This document shows positions 10,073-22,089 of a DNA stretch of 64,000 bases, piece by piece. The notes below the pieces were generated by a model that saw only the letters and a program-made list of their open reading frames with translations, was not told where the DNA came from and did not search any database. The DNA comes from Eledone cirrhosa (lineage: Eukaryota): assembly GCA_964016885.1 (NCBI GenBank), contig OZ024740.1, positions 183,520,001 to 183,584,000 on the forward strand, in the 5' to 3' direction. Position numbers and translations under genes: made by a program. Position 1 is the stretch's first letter. The number at the start of each line of letters is the position of its first letter.

Positions 10073-12265
10073 TTATAAATTTATAAATTTCTGGTTGGTT
10101 GGTTGGTTCCACAACCAGATAGTTGTTTATATATTGTCACAGTTCTTTCGTCACACACTCTGTGACCTCTTCAGTGACTGGGGATTATTTTCTTTGTGTG
10201 TGTGCCTCTCCTTTGTTCTATCCTACGCCATTTTGTTTCTGTGTGTGTGTTGTGTGCTCAGTCTGCGCATGCGCCACATCCGGGTCTCTGTGTGTGTTTA
10301 TGTTCATTTATTTATTTGTTTATTTACATGTTACTGGTTGGTTGTTTGTTCTATGTGTGTGTGTGTTTTCATTTTGTCCTTAATTGAAAGTTGTGATGTT
10401 GCTGTTCCACTCATATTTTCTATTTAATTCTGATTGAAATTCTTTTATGTATATTGCATCTGTGATTTGTCTAAACATTGCGTCTTTTCTGTGTGTAGAT
10501 TCTATTTTTATTTCTATGTTCTCTAATTTACCCTTGTGTTCTATTTTAGCATCTTGGTAGAGTACAGATGATTCTTTACTATCTTGAAGGTCTCGCCAGT
10601 GTTCATTTATCCGTTCCCCTACACTACGAGCTGTCTCACCTATGTACACTATATTTTTGTTTTTACGGAGGTACCTGGTCTTTTTACTATCTTAATATTG
10701 AGTTTATCTTTATCTAGGGCCCTTCTAAATTTGAAAGCTAATTCACCTCTAGGGGTTGTATCGATGAACATTACACTCTGGTATTTATTGCTATCATACC
10801 ATGAGTTTATTCTATTAGCCTTGTTCCTAATTCTTTCTATTCTATTCCACAATTTGCTCCTATACAAGGGGCAGGTCCCATTTATGTCATTATTTACCAT
10901 TTTTTCCCATTTGGTTCTGGCTCCTCTATACACTCTGATTTTATCTCTCTGATTGTAGCCAGAGAACTGCATACAGTGGATGAAGTGTTGTATGTGTCTC
11001 TCTAGTTCTTCGGGCTTGCACATGCGGGACACGTTTCTCATCACCCGTACCAAATCCGTAATCAGTATGTTGATTTTGGTATGGTCCGAAACAGCCGAGT
11101 TTCGGTGGATCAGATGTTTGGAAGACATGGGTTTGGCATAATGGGAATGGAGGATTTGTTTTTTGTTATTAATGGTATCTAACCAGAGCTCTGTGTCTAG
11201 TACAGGTAATCGGTGGCTGGTGTGTTTACTTGGGTAGTCTATAGTAACTCTAATACTCTGGTGGATGTAGTTAGCTATTTGCTGGATGCTTTCCATTGTG
11301 TTTTTCTCTAGTTCCTCTGTTCTCTAGTGGGGGTGTCTTAACTACGATGTTTATATCATCAACGTGGCGGGAGTACATTATCAGGGTTAAGGGGTCTTCT
11401 AATTGTTCTTTAAGTTTAAGTTTAAGTCTACTGTCCCACCATACCATGAATAAGTTAGCTATGTCGCCTGCAATGCTAACACCAATGGCTGCTCCTTCCT
11501 CTTGGGCATATGTTTTTCCAATCATTTTCTTCAGTTCATCGTGGTTTTCGGGTGTCAGTATGGCTCTGGTCCACCCGTTCCATCTATCTGTGTGGGTTTT
11601 CTTGGCCATTGAGGTAATGGTAGGTGGTCTGCTTCTTGCTGGTCTTGTAGGGCACAGGCTGCTAAGGTCATATGTGTCTAGGTAATTATTACTATAGGTA
11701 AGTTTAAGTAGGAGTCCCAGCTCACTGGTATCAATCCCACAGAACTCAACATTGCTCTCACTGATCATTTCTACGCATTTCTCCACAGCAAAATCAACGT
11801 CAATAGATGGATACAGGGACACAACATCCATACTACCTATTATGCAGTTTGTTAGGTGCCTAGATCGGTTACTCTCGCCGATTCTGCTGAGGAGGTCCTC
11901 CGTGCTGCCACATACATCTGGGGACATTTCAATGATGGGGCGTATGATCAGGGAGAGGAAGTAGGACAGTCTGTAGTTACTAGCAATGTTAGCTCCACAG
12001 ACTGGCCGTGTTGGTGATCCCGTGACAGGGTCACTGCCCGTTTTATGGTCTTTTCGAAGCCCATACAACGCCGGCACGTCATTGTTCCAGGCTTGGAAGT
12101 TGTTGGCAGTCCTTTTGTTGGGCTGCATTATATTAATAAATTGAAGTGAAAGCAACTGGTGCGTGTGTTTCTTATTGGCAACATGACCCTCCCAAAGTAT
12201 AACAATATCGGTTTCAACACACGATTTCAGATAAAGAATCTTGCTAAACAAATTCAGAAACGAAA
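10073..12265 (-). mobile_element. PLE copy (GAAIG/YVDD lineage), 5'-truncated, with internal deletions and an inverted pLTR tail at 12134-12265
   Basis: LYGLRKDHK, MDVVSLYPS, GAAIGVSIAG, RHVDD, YIGET; close relative of the 59921-61900 copy. Confidence 0.9.
10136..10179 (-). ncRNA. Hammerhead ribozyme, probably inactivated (CUG at the cleavage triplet)
   Basis: GTCA-CTGAAGA-g-GTCAC-agagtgt-GTGAC-GAAA-gaa-CTG-TGAC. Confidence 0.7.
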
Positions 12266-12274
12266 TATATATAT

Positions 12275-12405
12275 AGAATTAGCCGTCGATATATATATCC
12301 AGAATTAGCCGTCGATATATATATCCAGAATTAGCCGTCGATATATATATCCAGAATTAGCCGTCGAAACGGCTTGAGCTCAGCCGTCGGGGTCTTACTG
12401 GTTCC

Positions 12406-12407
<2 letters not shown>
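12275..12407 (-). repeat. Short dispersed hairpin element with a triplicated 26-bp end
   Basis: agaattagccgtcgatatatatatcc x3, then the full motif; related copies at 157-207 and 36638-36695. Confidence 0.7.
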
Positions 12408-12455
<48 letters not shown>

Positions 12456-12460
12456 TATAT

Positions 12461-12519
<59 letters not shown>

Positions 12520-13472
12520 TAAATATAAATATATATATATACACACATAAAATAATCATCATTTAATATCCCCTTTCCATGTATATACCATGTATATTAA
12601 ATTTTCTTGAATTAGAGAATTAGTGCTTGCTTATGCCTGTGTGAATATGCACACCTCTTTGTGAGTTAATGAGTGTATGTATGCATGTGATTGCATTTGA
12701 TTTATGAATGATATTGGAAATATCAAGCATTAACCTATTGCAGTCCATTAACTAAAATGCTTTAGGTAATTTGGGAATAATTACCTGGGAAACAACAACA
12801 ACTATAATATAATATTAATAATTATCTTTATTTTTACTTGTATTATTTTCATTATTGTTATCATCATTATGGATTTCTCAAATTGCTTACTTTAATTCTT
12901 AAATGTTTGGTATATGCACATTTGTGCGTTTGAGTAGCTGTATATTTTTATATATTTATGTGCATTTTTCTGTACTTTGAGGGAAAACGTTTGATGAGAG
13001 AAATATTTTACTAAATGAATCCTTTATTTTATAGAAATTTTACAAATATTTATCTCACTATATTAACCTTGCTTCATTTAAAGCAAATGGATTTGCTTTC
13101 ATTAATGCTAGATGGGGAAAAGAAATTTAGTCATACTCTTCAACAGCTGGATGGTTTTAATATATTTATATTGCATATCTGGGAAGTATTTCTGTGTTTT
13201 CACCCAAACCAAGCATGCAATATATATTCTGTCTTTTATATATATTTATTAAGTTGTTTTGGTTGAGAAATTCGTTCACCTATAAATAATTAATCATATA
13301 TAAGCTTCTAAGAGGCAAGGTCATTGACATTGCTAACATATTTTCTCTTTTTTCTGTGCTTAACAAAAATATCTGCTGATATGGATTTATAGATTACAAA
13401 AAGTATAACGCATTCTTAACTCTTTTGATACTAACCTACCGAGATCTATAATACGAAACTTCTTATATTTAG

Positions 13473-13685
13473 CCCTTTAGCATTTACATTACTTTATATT
13501 TACTACTATATGTTCATAGTAAACACTTTATTTCACATAATTATCACACATAATATCAAATCTATGAGATTGTGTTATTATTTACTTTGAGAATACCTTA
13601 ACATCAGTATGCGTGGCCAGTTACCGCCGGTTTGAACAGAACGAGTAAATTCTGGCCAGATATGGCCTGTTTAAATGCTGAAGGG
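13473..13685. mobile_element. piggyBac-type MITE
   Basis: TIRs ccctttagcattta / taaatgctgaaggg, flanked by TTAG and TTAA. Confidence 0.7.
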
Positions 13686-13761
13686 TTAAACACCTTCCAT
13701 TATAATTTTATGTAAAACCATTTCTTATGTCATGTTCCAAATACAAGTTTAATTTAATAAT

Positions 13762-13950
13762 TGTTTCTACTTTTGGCACAAGGCCAGCGATTATCCAAGT
13801 GCATTACTGGTACTTTATTTTATCGACCTCGTAAGGATGAAAATCAAAGTTAACCTCGGCATGATTTGAACTCATATCATAAAGGGCCGTAACTCTATGC
13901 TACAAAGCATGGTGTCCGACTCTCTGCCAATACTGCCAATTCACCGCCCT
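13762..13950 (-). mobile_element. tRNA-derived SINE (family A)
   Basis: A/B-box-like TGGCAG..GAGTTCAAATC, central CATCCTTACGxGGTCGATAAAA, (ATT) tail; 17-bp TSD aagtttaatttaataat. Confidence 0.9.
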
Positions 13951-14051
13951 AAGTTTAATTTAATAATGAGAACGCTTTCATGTTTTTATGTTTGTGACAG
14001 AATTGACACTGTTGAATGGATTACAATTCTAAGCCAATTCATTTAAAAAAG

Positions 14052-14138
<87 letters not shown>

Positions 14139-14139
<1 letters not shown>

Positions 14140-14595
14140 CTAAACTATAATAATGTAAGGCGCGCGGGACTGCGTACGGTTTATAATTGTTTATCCCATT
14201 AGTAAAATAAGTTGGATTACTTGAATACATAATGAACGAATATTACATCATTTATCTACTAAATTTCGTGGCTGTTCATTAAATATATTTTGTTTGTTCA
14301 AAGATTCACTTCTTTAAAATTTCTGAAAAGTCAACACTTCCGGTAGGCCATCGCTTAAATAAACATACTAATTTTCTCCTAATGCAGTTCATATATAATA
14401 TTGTCTTTTTTAATGTATCATGGATTACGTTACTGATGAAATAAGACACTGTAACGGAGTATTCGTTCAATTTCTATGTATTATACATTGTCAATTACGA
14501 TGTTATTTGATGTATCATATCGACATGTGTATAATATCAATATACACACTACATATGCTAGCAGAAAACCACCCGAAGGGTGGTTTTTCTGATAG
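14139..14595 (+). mobile_element. Non-autonomous Helitron
   Basis: A|TC 5' end; the 3' part matches the autonomous Helitron end (26860-27034); terminal hairpin AACCACCC-gaa-GGGTGGTT. Confidence 0.75.
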
Positions 14596-14612
14596 CATGT
14601 GTAGTGTGTATA

Positions 14613-14990
14613 TAATAAAGCAAGGGCTGCGGGACTGCGTACGGTTTATTTCTTTTAATCCACTTAGTAAAATAAGTTGGATTACTTTGAATAAATAATT
14701 GTTTCTACTATTGGCACAAGGCCAGCAATTACCCACTACATTACTGGTACTTTACTTTATCGACCCCGTAAGGAGGAAAGGCAAAGTTAACCTTGGCGGG
14801 ATTTGAACTCAGAATGGCAAGGGCCGTAACTCTATGCGTCAAAACATGGCGTCCGACCCTCTACCGATTGAATGAATATTACATAACTTATGTGCTAAAT
14901 TTCGTAAACAAATAAATTCGTAAAAATAAATAATTTCAAATTGACTTCTTTTCAAAGTTGTACTTCCGGTATATCGTCGCCACCTACACC
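14613..14990 (+). mobile_element. Second partial non-autonomous Helitron copy, interrupted by a SINE
   Basis: Repeats gcgggactgcgtacggttta... from 14164. Confidence 0.65.
14697..14869 (-). mobile_element. SINE family A, slightly 5'-truncated
   Basis: Matches 13762-13950 and 41946-42132. Confidence 0.88.
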
Positions 14991-15643
14991 ACCACCATTT
15001 CAACTACCATATATGTAGAAAGAGAGAGTGTGTGTGATGAGCCAGATAGAGAGATTATGATTTTCTACACACTTATAAAGATACACTCACGGACATAATT
15101 CACACAAATACACATACATTCACACATATACATTTACACAAACACACACATACAGTCATGATAGCCTTCGGTTTAATTCGAAATGGGAGGGTAAAACAAG
15201 TATAACGTTTTATTTATTTATTAACTTTTTTAAAAACTTATTTAATATAACTAGCAGAAAAACCACACTTCTGGTGATTTTCTGTTAGCATGTGTAGTGT
15301 GTATATTGATATTATACGCAAGTATATATGCATGTAGATATGATGCATCAAATAAAACCGTAATTGACAATATACACAGCAATTGAACGAAGACTGTGTT
15401 ACACTATCTACTGTAATCAGTAACGTAATCCACGATACATTAAAAAAAAGACGATATTATATATCTGCTAGCTTGTGTAGTCTGTATATTGTATAACGCA
15501 AGTATATATGCATGTAGATATGATCAAATAAAATCGTAATTGACAATATACACAGAAATTGAACGAAGACTGTGTTACACTGACATATGTAATCAGTAAC
15601 CTAATCCATAACATTAAAAAAAGACGATATTATATATAAACTG

Positions 15644-15837
15644 TGTGATGATATGATTTGTTTTATACCATCACTTTCTTCTCTTTGATTTGATTCCTTT
15701 TTATTCTTATTCGTTGCATTCGTTCTGTTCTTGTTTGTTGTATTGTTGACCCATAATAATTTCTTCCCTTGTTGACTCTTTCTATATTATTCTTAGATTG
15801 AATAAAAATCTTTGATTTGGTACAAAACAATACAACA
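15644..15837 (+). repeat. 5' LTR
   Basis: Direct repeat of 19638-19828 with several substitutions. Confidence 0.9.
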
Positions 15838-15850
15838 ATTTTATTCAATC

Positions 15851-18800
15851 ATGGATCCGAAATATTTAAGAAAATTCTTCCGGATGATCCTAGTGAATCC
15901 AATTATGCCTACTGGAAGAGAATGTTGGCGATCTATTTGAAAAACTTGTTGTTCCTGACGAAAGTAAGCTGTCAGTCCTTCTGGTTCTTTGCGGAGCCAA
16001 TGCTTATACTCTCATTGAAGAAGCAACATCATTCGATGAGGCGTCATCCATTCTTGATAATAAATTTCAAAAGAAAGGCTCAGCAATAATGACCCGACAT
16101 AAACTACGCAACCATCGTCAACAAGAAGGGCAATCATTGGAGGTCTATATGACTGAATTAAAAGCCCTCGCAAAGAAATTCCCCCCTAAACCCCTAACAG
16201 GGGAACACCATAGACACTTGTTGATTTGTGATGCGTTCGTGTCGGGTGTTCAATCCGCCACCATAAAACAACGACTTCTGGAATCACCTGACGAAAATCT
16301 AGATAAAATATTCCAAACCGCTCTCACATTAGAACTGGCAATAGAAGACGCACAAAATCTGTCAACAACAACAATACAACCGCCGACACAAACCGTATTC
16401 GCTGCTTCTTCATCAAAATGTTTCTGGTGTGGTGGTTCATATCACCAAAAATCAGAGTGCCCTGCAAAAAATTCAACTTGCCATTTCTGCCACAAGAAAG
16501 GCAACTGGGCAACAGTATGTTTTGTTAAAAATAAGAAGGTACTAAAGAAGATAAAACACGCAGCAGCCTTGAATAATCACGAGGGCCCCGATGAAGCCTA
16601 TGATGGCAGTAATCTTGCTGCCTGTTATAAACTTGCTTCCGTGAATCATAATACAAACCTTTTAACAATTTATGTCAATTCACATGAAACAGAAGGTTTA
16701 CTTGACACAGGCTCAGACAAGTCTTTCATTGACATGAACCTCTTGTCGAAATGGCAAAGTAAATTCAAGAAAACTAAGAATAAGAGTGTAATGTTAGCCG
16801 ACAACAGTAAACTCATAATACGAGGTACGTTTGAAACAACATTAGAATGGGAGGGCCGAGAATACCACATCGATCTAATGGTGGTTGACAAACTCATTGC
16901 TCCAGTAGTTATGGGTCTTGATATACTTAAAAGGCATAAGTCTTTAACATTAAAATATGCGGGGCACATGAGACCAGTCACGATATGTATGTCAATGCAA
17001 ACTCTGAATTGTGAAGAATATGATTTAATGCCTGGTATCGATACTACAAAATTAAAACCATTATCTATACCTCCTCGAAAATACAATAAAGACCAGCAAT
17101 TCATTAAAACGGAAATCGACAGAATGCTTAAAGCTGGAATAATTCAACAGAGCAGAAGCCCATGGAGAGCGCAGTGCTTCATAATAGATCAAGAAAACAA
17201 AAAACGTCTTGTCATAGACTACTCAGGCACTATAAATCGTTACACACCATTAGATTCATACCCTAATGCCATAATCGAAGACCTACTCAGCAACATTTCA
17301 AATCACACGTATTTCTCGAAAATAGATCTAAAGGCGGCTTATCACCAAATACCCATCAAATCTTCCGACTTTAAGTTGACTGCATTCGAGGCCTGTGGCC
17401 GACTATACGAATTTACCCGTCTTCAGTTTGGATGAACAAATGCCGTTCCAATTTTCCAACGAATTTTGGACACTTTCATAGACAATTACAACTCACAAAA
17501 TACCTACTCGTACCTTGACGACATTGTGGATTGGTAGTATCGGTAGAGGGTCAGACACCCTGCTTTCCAGCATAGTTACGTCGCTTTACGATCTGAGTTC
17601 AAATCCTGCCGAGGTTGACTTTGCCTTTCATCCTTACGGGGTCGATGAAATAAAGTACCAGTAATGCACTGGGTAATTGCTGGCCTTGTGCCTAAATTAG
17701 AAACAATTATTATAGGAGGAGACACAGTCGAAGAACATAACCTAACCTAAAGCAATTCATGAATGCAGCTAACAATGCAGGAAGGCAATTGAATCGAGAC
17801 AAATGCAGCTTTAATCAAAATAGAATACATTTCCTTGGACATGTCATAGAAAAAGGTAAAATAAGACCGGACCCTGAAAGGTATAAAGCCCTTATTGACA
17901 CGCCGTCCCCAAAGACGTTAAAAGAGTTGAACCGGTAATCGGTCTTTTTGCATACTATGCTAAATGGATTAAGGGCTCTTCTAACCTCTCAGTCGTTCTT
18001 ACAACGGCAAGAAACACCATTGATAAACAAGGTCTATCAAACGAAGAACAATCTAACATTAATAAGATGAAGGAATAACTCATAAAGGCATCACTGTGTT
18101 CACCCGGTTTCACTGCACCATTTGCAATCGAAACCGACGCATCAAATATTGCCATTGGCGGAACTCTATCACAAAATTGTCGTCCAATTGCTTTTCTTAG
18201 TAGAACCCTAAATAAGTCAGAAAGCGGACATTCCATCATCGAAAAGGAAGCTTGCGCAATTATAGAATGTTGTAGAAAATGAAGGCATATGATCAGCGCT
18301 GTTCCACATTGTAATATCATAACAGACCAACGATCGGTTGCACTTCCAAGACTAAAAACGAGAAGGTAGCCCGCTGGCGACTTGAGTTAAGCGATCTTAA
18401 CCATACCTTCTCATATAGACCTGGTTCATTAAACCAAGCCACAAACGCCCTATCGCGCTGCTGTTCTACTAAGACGGAACACGAATTATACAATATTCAC
18501 TAACATCTATGTCATCCGGGGGTCACCAGACTTCTACATTATTGTAAATTAATGAACTTAGCATATTCTATTAATGAAATAAAGAAGTTATCGCCAATTG
18601 CAAAATATGCCGTGAATGTAAACCACAATTCTATAACCCACCCAAAGGAAGATTAATACATTTCACAAGACCCTGGGAAAGACTATCAATGGACTTTGTG
18701 GGTCCCATGGCTATCTCAAACGGTTTTCGATTTATATTGACTATAGTTGACGAGTACTCACGTTTTCCATTCGCCATTCCCTGTAAAGAGATAACAACGG

Positions 18801-19621
18801 ACGCAATAATTAAACATCTATTGGAGATATTCTCTATATTTGGAAAACCCAGTTCGATTCATACAGATAGGGGACGTCAATTTGAACCACAAAAAATTAA
18901 AGATTTCTTATGGAGTAATAACATTATAAAAAGCCACACCTCACCATATCTACCCCAAGCCAACGGCCAATGCGAAAGAGTTAACGGCACAATATGCAAA
19001 GCGATAAGTCTGACATTGATGACAAATAATCTCAATAAAAATGAATGGAGTAACATGATTCCATTCGCTCTGTCGTCTATCCGAGGATTGTTTTGCACTG
19101 CTACAAACGCCACACTACATGAAAGAGTATTTTCATTCACCAGATCGGCAAACAACGGCACAGAAATACCAGAGTTGCTAAATAAACCGGGCACAATTGT
19201 GCTACATCGACGTCACATAAGGAATAAAGGTGATGATCTCACGGAAAACGTTCAACTCATCGAGACGATCTCACCCCACTTTGCCAAGGTACAATTTAAT
19301 AGTGGAAGAATAGACACAGTCTCAACTACAAATCTCGCACCACCAGCATCACCACAAAACAATGGTAATTCAACAACATCGGAGTGTCAGAATAATAACT
19401 CCCCAAAAGGCGCCAATTTAACTCAACCAACAGCAATATCTACACCTGTGGCAGTTGGGAACGAAAGTATGACATCTACCGCCGATGACAATCCTACAGA
19501 GAGTGCTGAATTCGACGATGATGAATCTTTTGAAACATTCTTAACTTCGAATAACACACCCCAGCAACAAAGAACACGCCGAGGACGCTTAGTAGTGAGG
19601 CCAATGCGATACAACGATTAA
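15851..19621 (+). pseudogene. gag-pol polyprotein (two zinc knuckles, aspartic protease, RT, RNase H, integrase), disrupted
   Basis: CFWCGGSYH..C/CHFC, LLDTGS, SPW, KIDLKAAYHQI, YLDDI, ETDAS, MDFVGP..TDRGRQF..ERVN; contains stops, frameshifts and a SINE insertion. Confidence 0.93.
17526..17711 (+). mobile_element. SINE family A inserted directly after the Gypsy YLDDI motif
   Basis: Matches 21496-21680. Confidence 0.9.
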
Positions 19622-19637
19622 CGCTAGAGGGAAAGAA

Positions 19638-19828
19638 TGTGATATGATTTTTTTTATAGTATCACTTTCTTTTCTTTGATTTGATTCCTTTTTATTCTTA
19701 TTCGTTGCATTCGTTCTGTTCCTGTTTGTTGTATTGTTGACCCATACTAATTTCTTCTCTTATTGACTCTTTCTATATTATTCTTAGTTTGAATAAAAAC
19801 ATTTGATTTGGTACAAAATAATACAACA
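19638..19828 (+). repeat. 3' LTR
   Basis: Follows the polypurine tract; TG...CA. Confidence 0.9.
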
Positions 19829-20012
19829 ATTAGGAGAAAATTAGTGACAGAAATATATGAATATTTATTTAAATGATCGATAACCGGAAGTGTTGACATT
19901 TGAAAATTTTGAAGAAGTGAAACTTTAAATAAGTAATAAAATATATTTAATGAACAGCCACGGAATTTAGTAGATACATTATGTAATATTCATTCATTAT
20001 TAATTCAAAGTA

Positions 20013-20113
20013 GGTTAACTTTGCCTTTCCTCCTTACGGGGTCGATAAAATAAAGTACCAGAAACAATTATTAAATTAAACTGTTATTTGGAACATGACT
20101 TAACATAATATTT
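20013..20113 (+). mobile_element. Truncated SINE A with extra 3' sequence
   Basis: 21-bp TSD attcattattaattcaaagta at 19992-20012 and 20114-20134. Confidence 0.75.
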
Positions 20114-20561
20114 ATTCATTATTAATTCAAAGTAATCCAGCGTATTTTACTAAGGGGATACAACAATTATAAACCGTACGCAGTCCCGCGTTTCTTACTT
20201 TATTATAGTTTAGATTAAGCAATGTTGTACGCCCATTGGTTAGATATATATAAATATAATAGCAAATAAATTATGTCTGATGCAGACACACATGCACTTA
20301 CATATATATTTATATATACACACACATCCATACCACACCACACACAAATCGCCTTCCGAAGCTAGTGAAGCTATTATTAATCCTCCCCGGGTGAAGTAAC
20401 TTGCAAATTCTTCGTAATTCCTGAAATTCAATAATACATCTAACGGACACACACACACACACACAAACGCACCCCCCCCCCCACACACACACATACACAC
20501 ACACATACATACACATACGCACACAAATATATCTATTCATACATAGACATATATATATATA

Positions 20562-20980
20562 GGCGAAGTCTGGTCCGAAGTGCGCATGCGCGAGGTCTGG
20601 TAGGTACTGTGGATGCGCGAAGGCTGGTCCGAAGTGCGCATGCGCGAAGGCTGTTCCGTACTGCGCATGCGCGATGGCTGGTCCGTACTGCGCATACGCG
20701 AAGGCTGGTCCGTACTGTGAATGCGCGAGGGCTGGTCCATACTGCGCATGTGCGAAGGCTGGTCCTTGCTGCGTATGCGCGAAAGCTGGTCCGTACTGCG
20801 CATAAGCGAAGGGTGCTCCGATGCACGAAGTCTGGTCAGAAGTGCTCATGCGCGAATTCTAGTCCAAAGTGCGCATGCGCGAAAGCTGGTACGAAGTGCG
20901 CATAAGCGAAGGTTAGTTCGTGTTACGCATGCGCGAAGGCTGTTCCGTACTGCGCATGCGCGAAGACTGGTTCGTACGCG
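20562..20980. repeat. 27-bp GC-rich minisatellite (about 15 units)
   Basis: Consensus gaaggctggtccgtactgcgcatgcgc. Confidence 0.92.
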
Positions 20981-21772
20981 CAAGTATATATGCATGTAGA
21001 TATGATACATCAAATAAAACCGTAATTGACAATATACACAGAAATTGAACAAAGTCTGTGTTACACTGTCTTCTGTAATCAGTAATTTATTAATGATACA
21101 TTAAAAAAAGACGATATAATATAGCTGCTAGCATGTATAGTGTGTATAGTGATAGTATACGCAAGTATATATGCATGTAGATATGATCAAATAAAATCGT
21201 AATTGACAATATACACAGAAATTGAACGAAGACTGTGTTACACTGACATATGTAAACAGTAACGTAATCCATGATACATTAATAAAAGACAATATTATAT
21301 ATAAACTGCATTAGGAGAAAATTAATGACAGAAATATATGAATATTTATTTAAACGATCGATAACCGGAAGTGTTGACATTTGAAAATTTTAAAGAAGTG
21401 CATCTTTAAATAAGTAATAAAATATATTTAATGAACAGCCACGAAATTTAGTAGATAAATTATGTAATATTCATTCATTATTTATTCAAAGTAATGGTGG
21501 ATTGGCAGTATCGGTAGAGGGTCGGACGCCATGCTTTCCAGCATAGTTACGTCCCTTTACGATCTGAGTTCGAATCCCGCCGAGGTTGACTTTGCCTTTC
21601 ATCCTTACGGGGTCGATAAAATAAAGTACCAGTAATGCACTGGGTAATTGCTGGCCTTGTGCCTAAAGTAGAAACAATTATTTATTCAAAGTAATTCAAC
21701 TTATTTTACTAAGGGGGTAAACAATTATAAACCGTATGCAGTCCCGCGTTTCTTACTTTATTATAGTTTAGA
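20975..21772 (-). mobile_element. Non-autonomous Helitron copy lacking the Gypsy insertion
   Basis: Colinear with 15315-15643 + 19829-20214. Confidence 0.7.
21496..21680 (+). mobile_element. SINE family A
   Basis: Near full length; TSD attatttattcaaagtaat. Confidence 0.9.
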
Positions 21773-21867
21773 TTAAGCACTGTTGTACGCCCGTTGGTTA
21801 GATATATATAAATGTAATAGCAAATAAATTATGTCTGATGCAGACACACACCCACATATATATATAT

Positions 21868-21898
<31 letters not shown>

Positions 21899-22089
21899 TA
21901 CATACCGCACTACACACAAATCGCCTTCCGAAGTTGGTGAAGCTATTATTAATCCTCCCCGGATGAAGTAACTTGCAAATTCTTTGTAATTCATGAAATG
22001 CAATAATACATCTAACTGACACACACACAAACACACACACATATATCTATTCATGCATAGACATATATATATATATAGGCGAATTATCG

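Larger units (their letters stand above)
15644..19828 (+). mobile_element. Ty3/Gypsy LTR retrotransposon, full length and decayed
   Basis: Two ~190-bp TG...CA LTRs, polypurine tract agagggaaagaa, and gag-PR-RT-RH-IN domain order. Confidence 0.95.
15251..20214 (-). mobile_element. Non-autonomous Helitron split by the Gypsy insertion
   Basis: CTAG|T end plus hairpin at 15251-15285; internal ~178-bp duplication; resumes at 19829; 5' TC at 20214. Confidence 0.7.

Noticed and set aside
12125-12251. N-terminus MFSKILYLKSCVETD of ORF 11271-12251 as real protein
   Set aside because: It is the antisense reading of the inverted pLTR tail, fused in frame by chance.
13762-13950. tRNA genes at the SINE heads
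   Set aside because: Only A/B-box-like remnants with no complete cloverleaf; they are parts of SINEs with TSDs.
20310-20849. 179-aa ORF with PAFAHAQYG repeats resembling a structural protein
   Set aside because: It arises from a 27-bp minisatellite that is open in several frames on both strands, and it runs into microsatellite.
20562-20980. CRISPR-like regular repeats (also considered for the 5827-9207 array)
   Set aside because: There are no unique spacers and no cas genes, and the context is eukaryotic.
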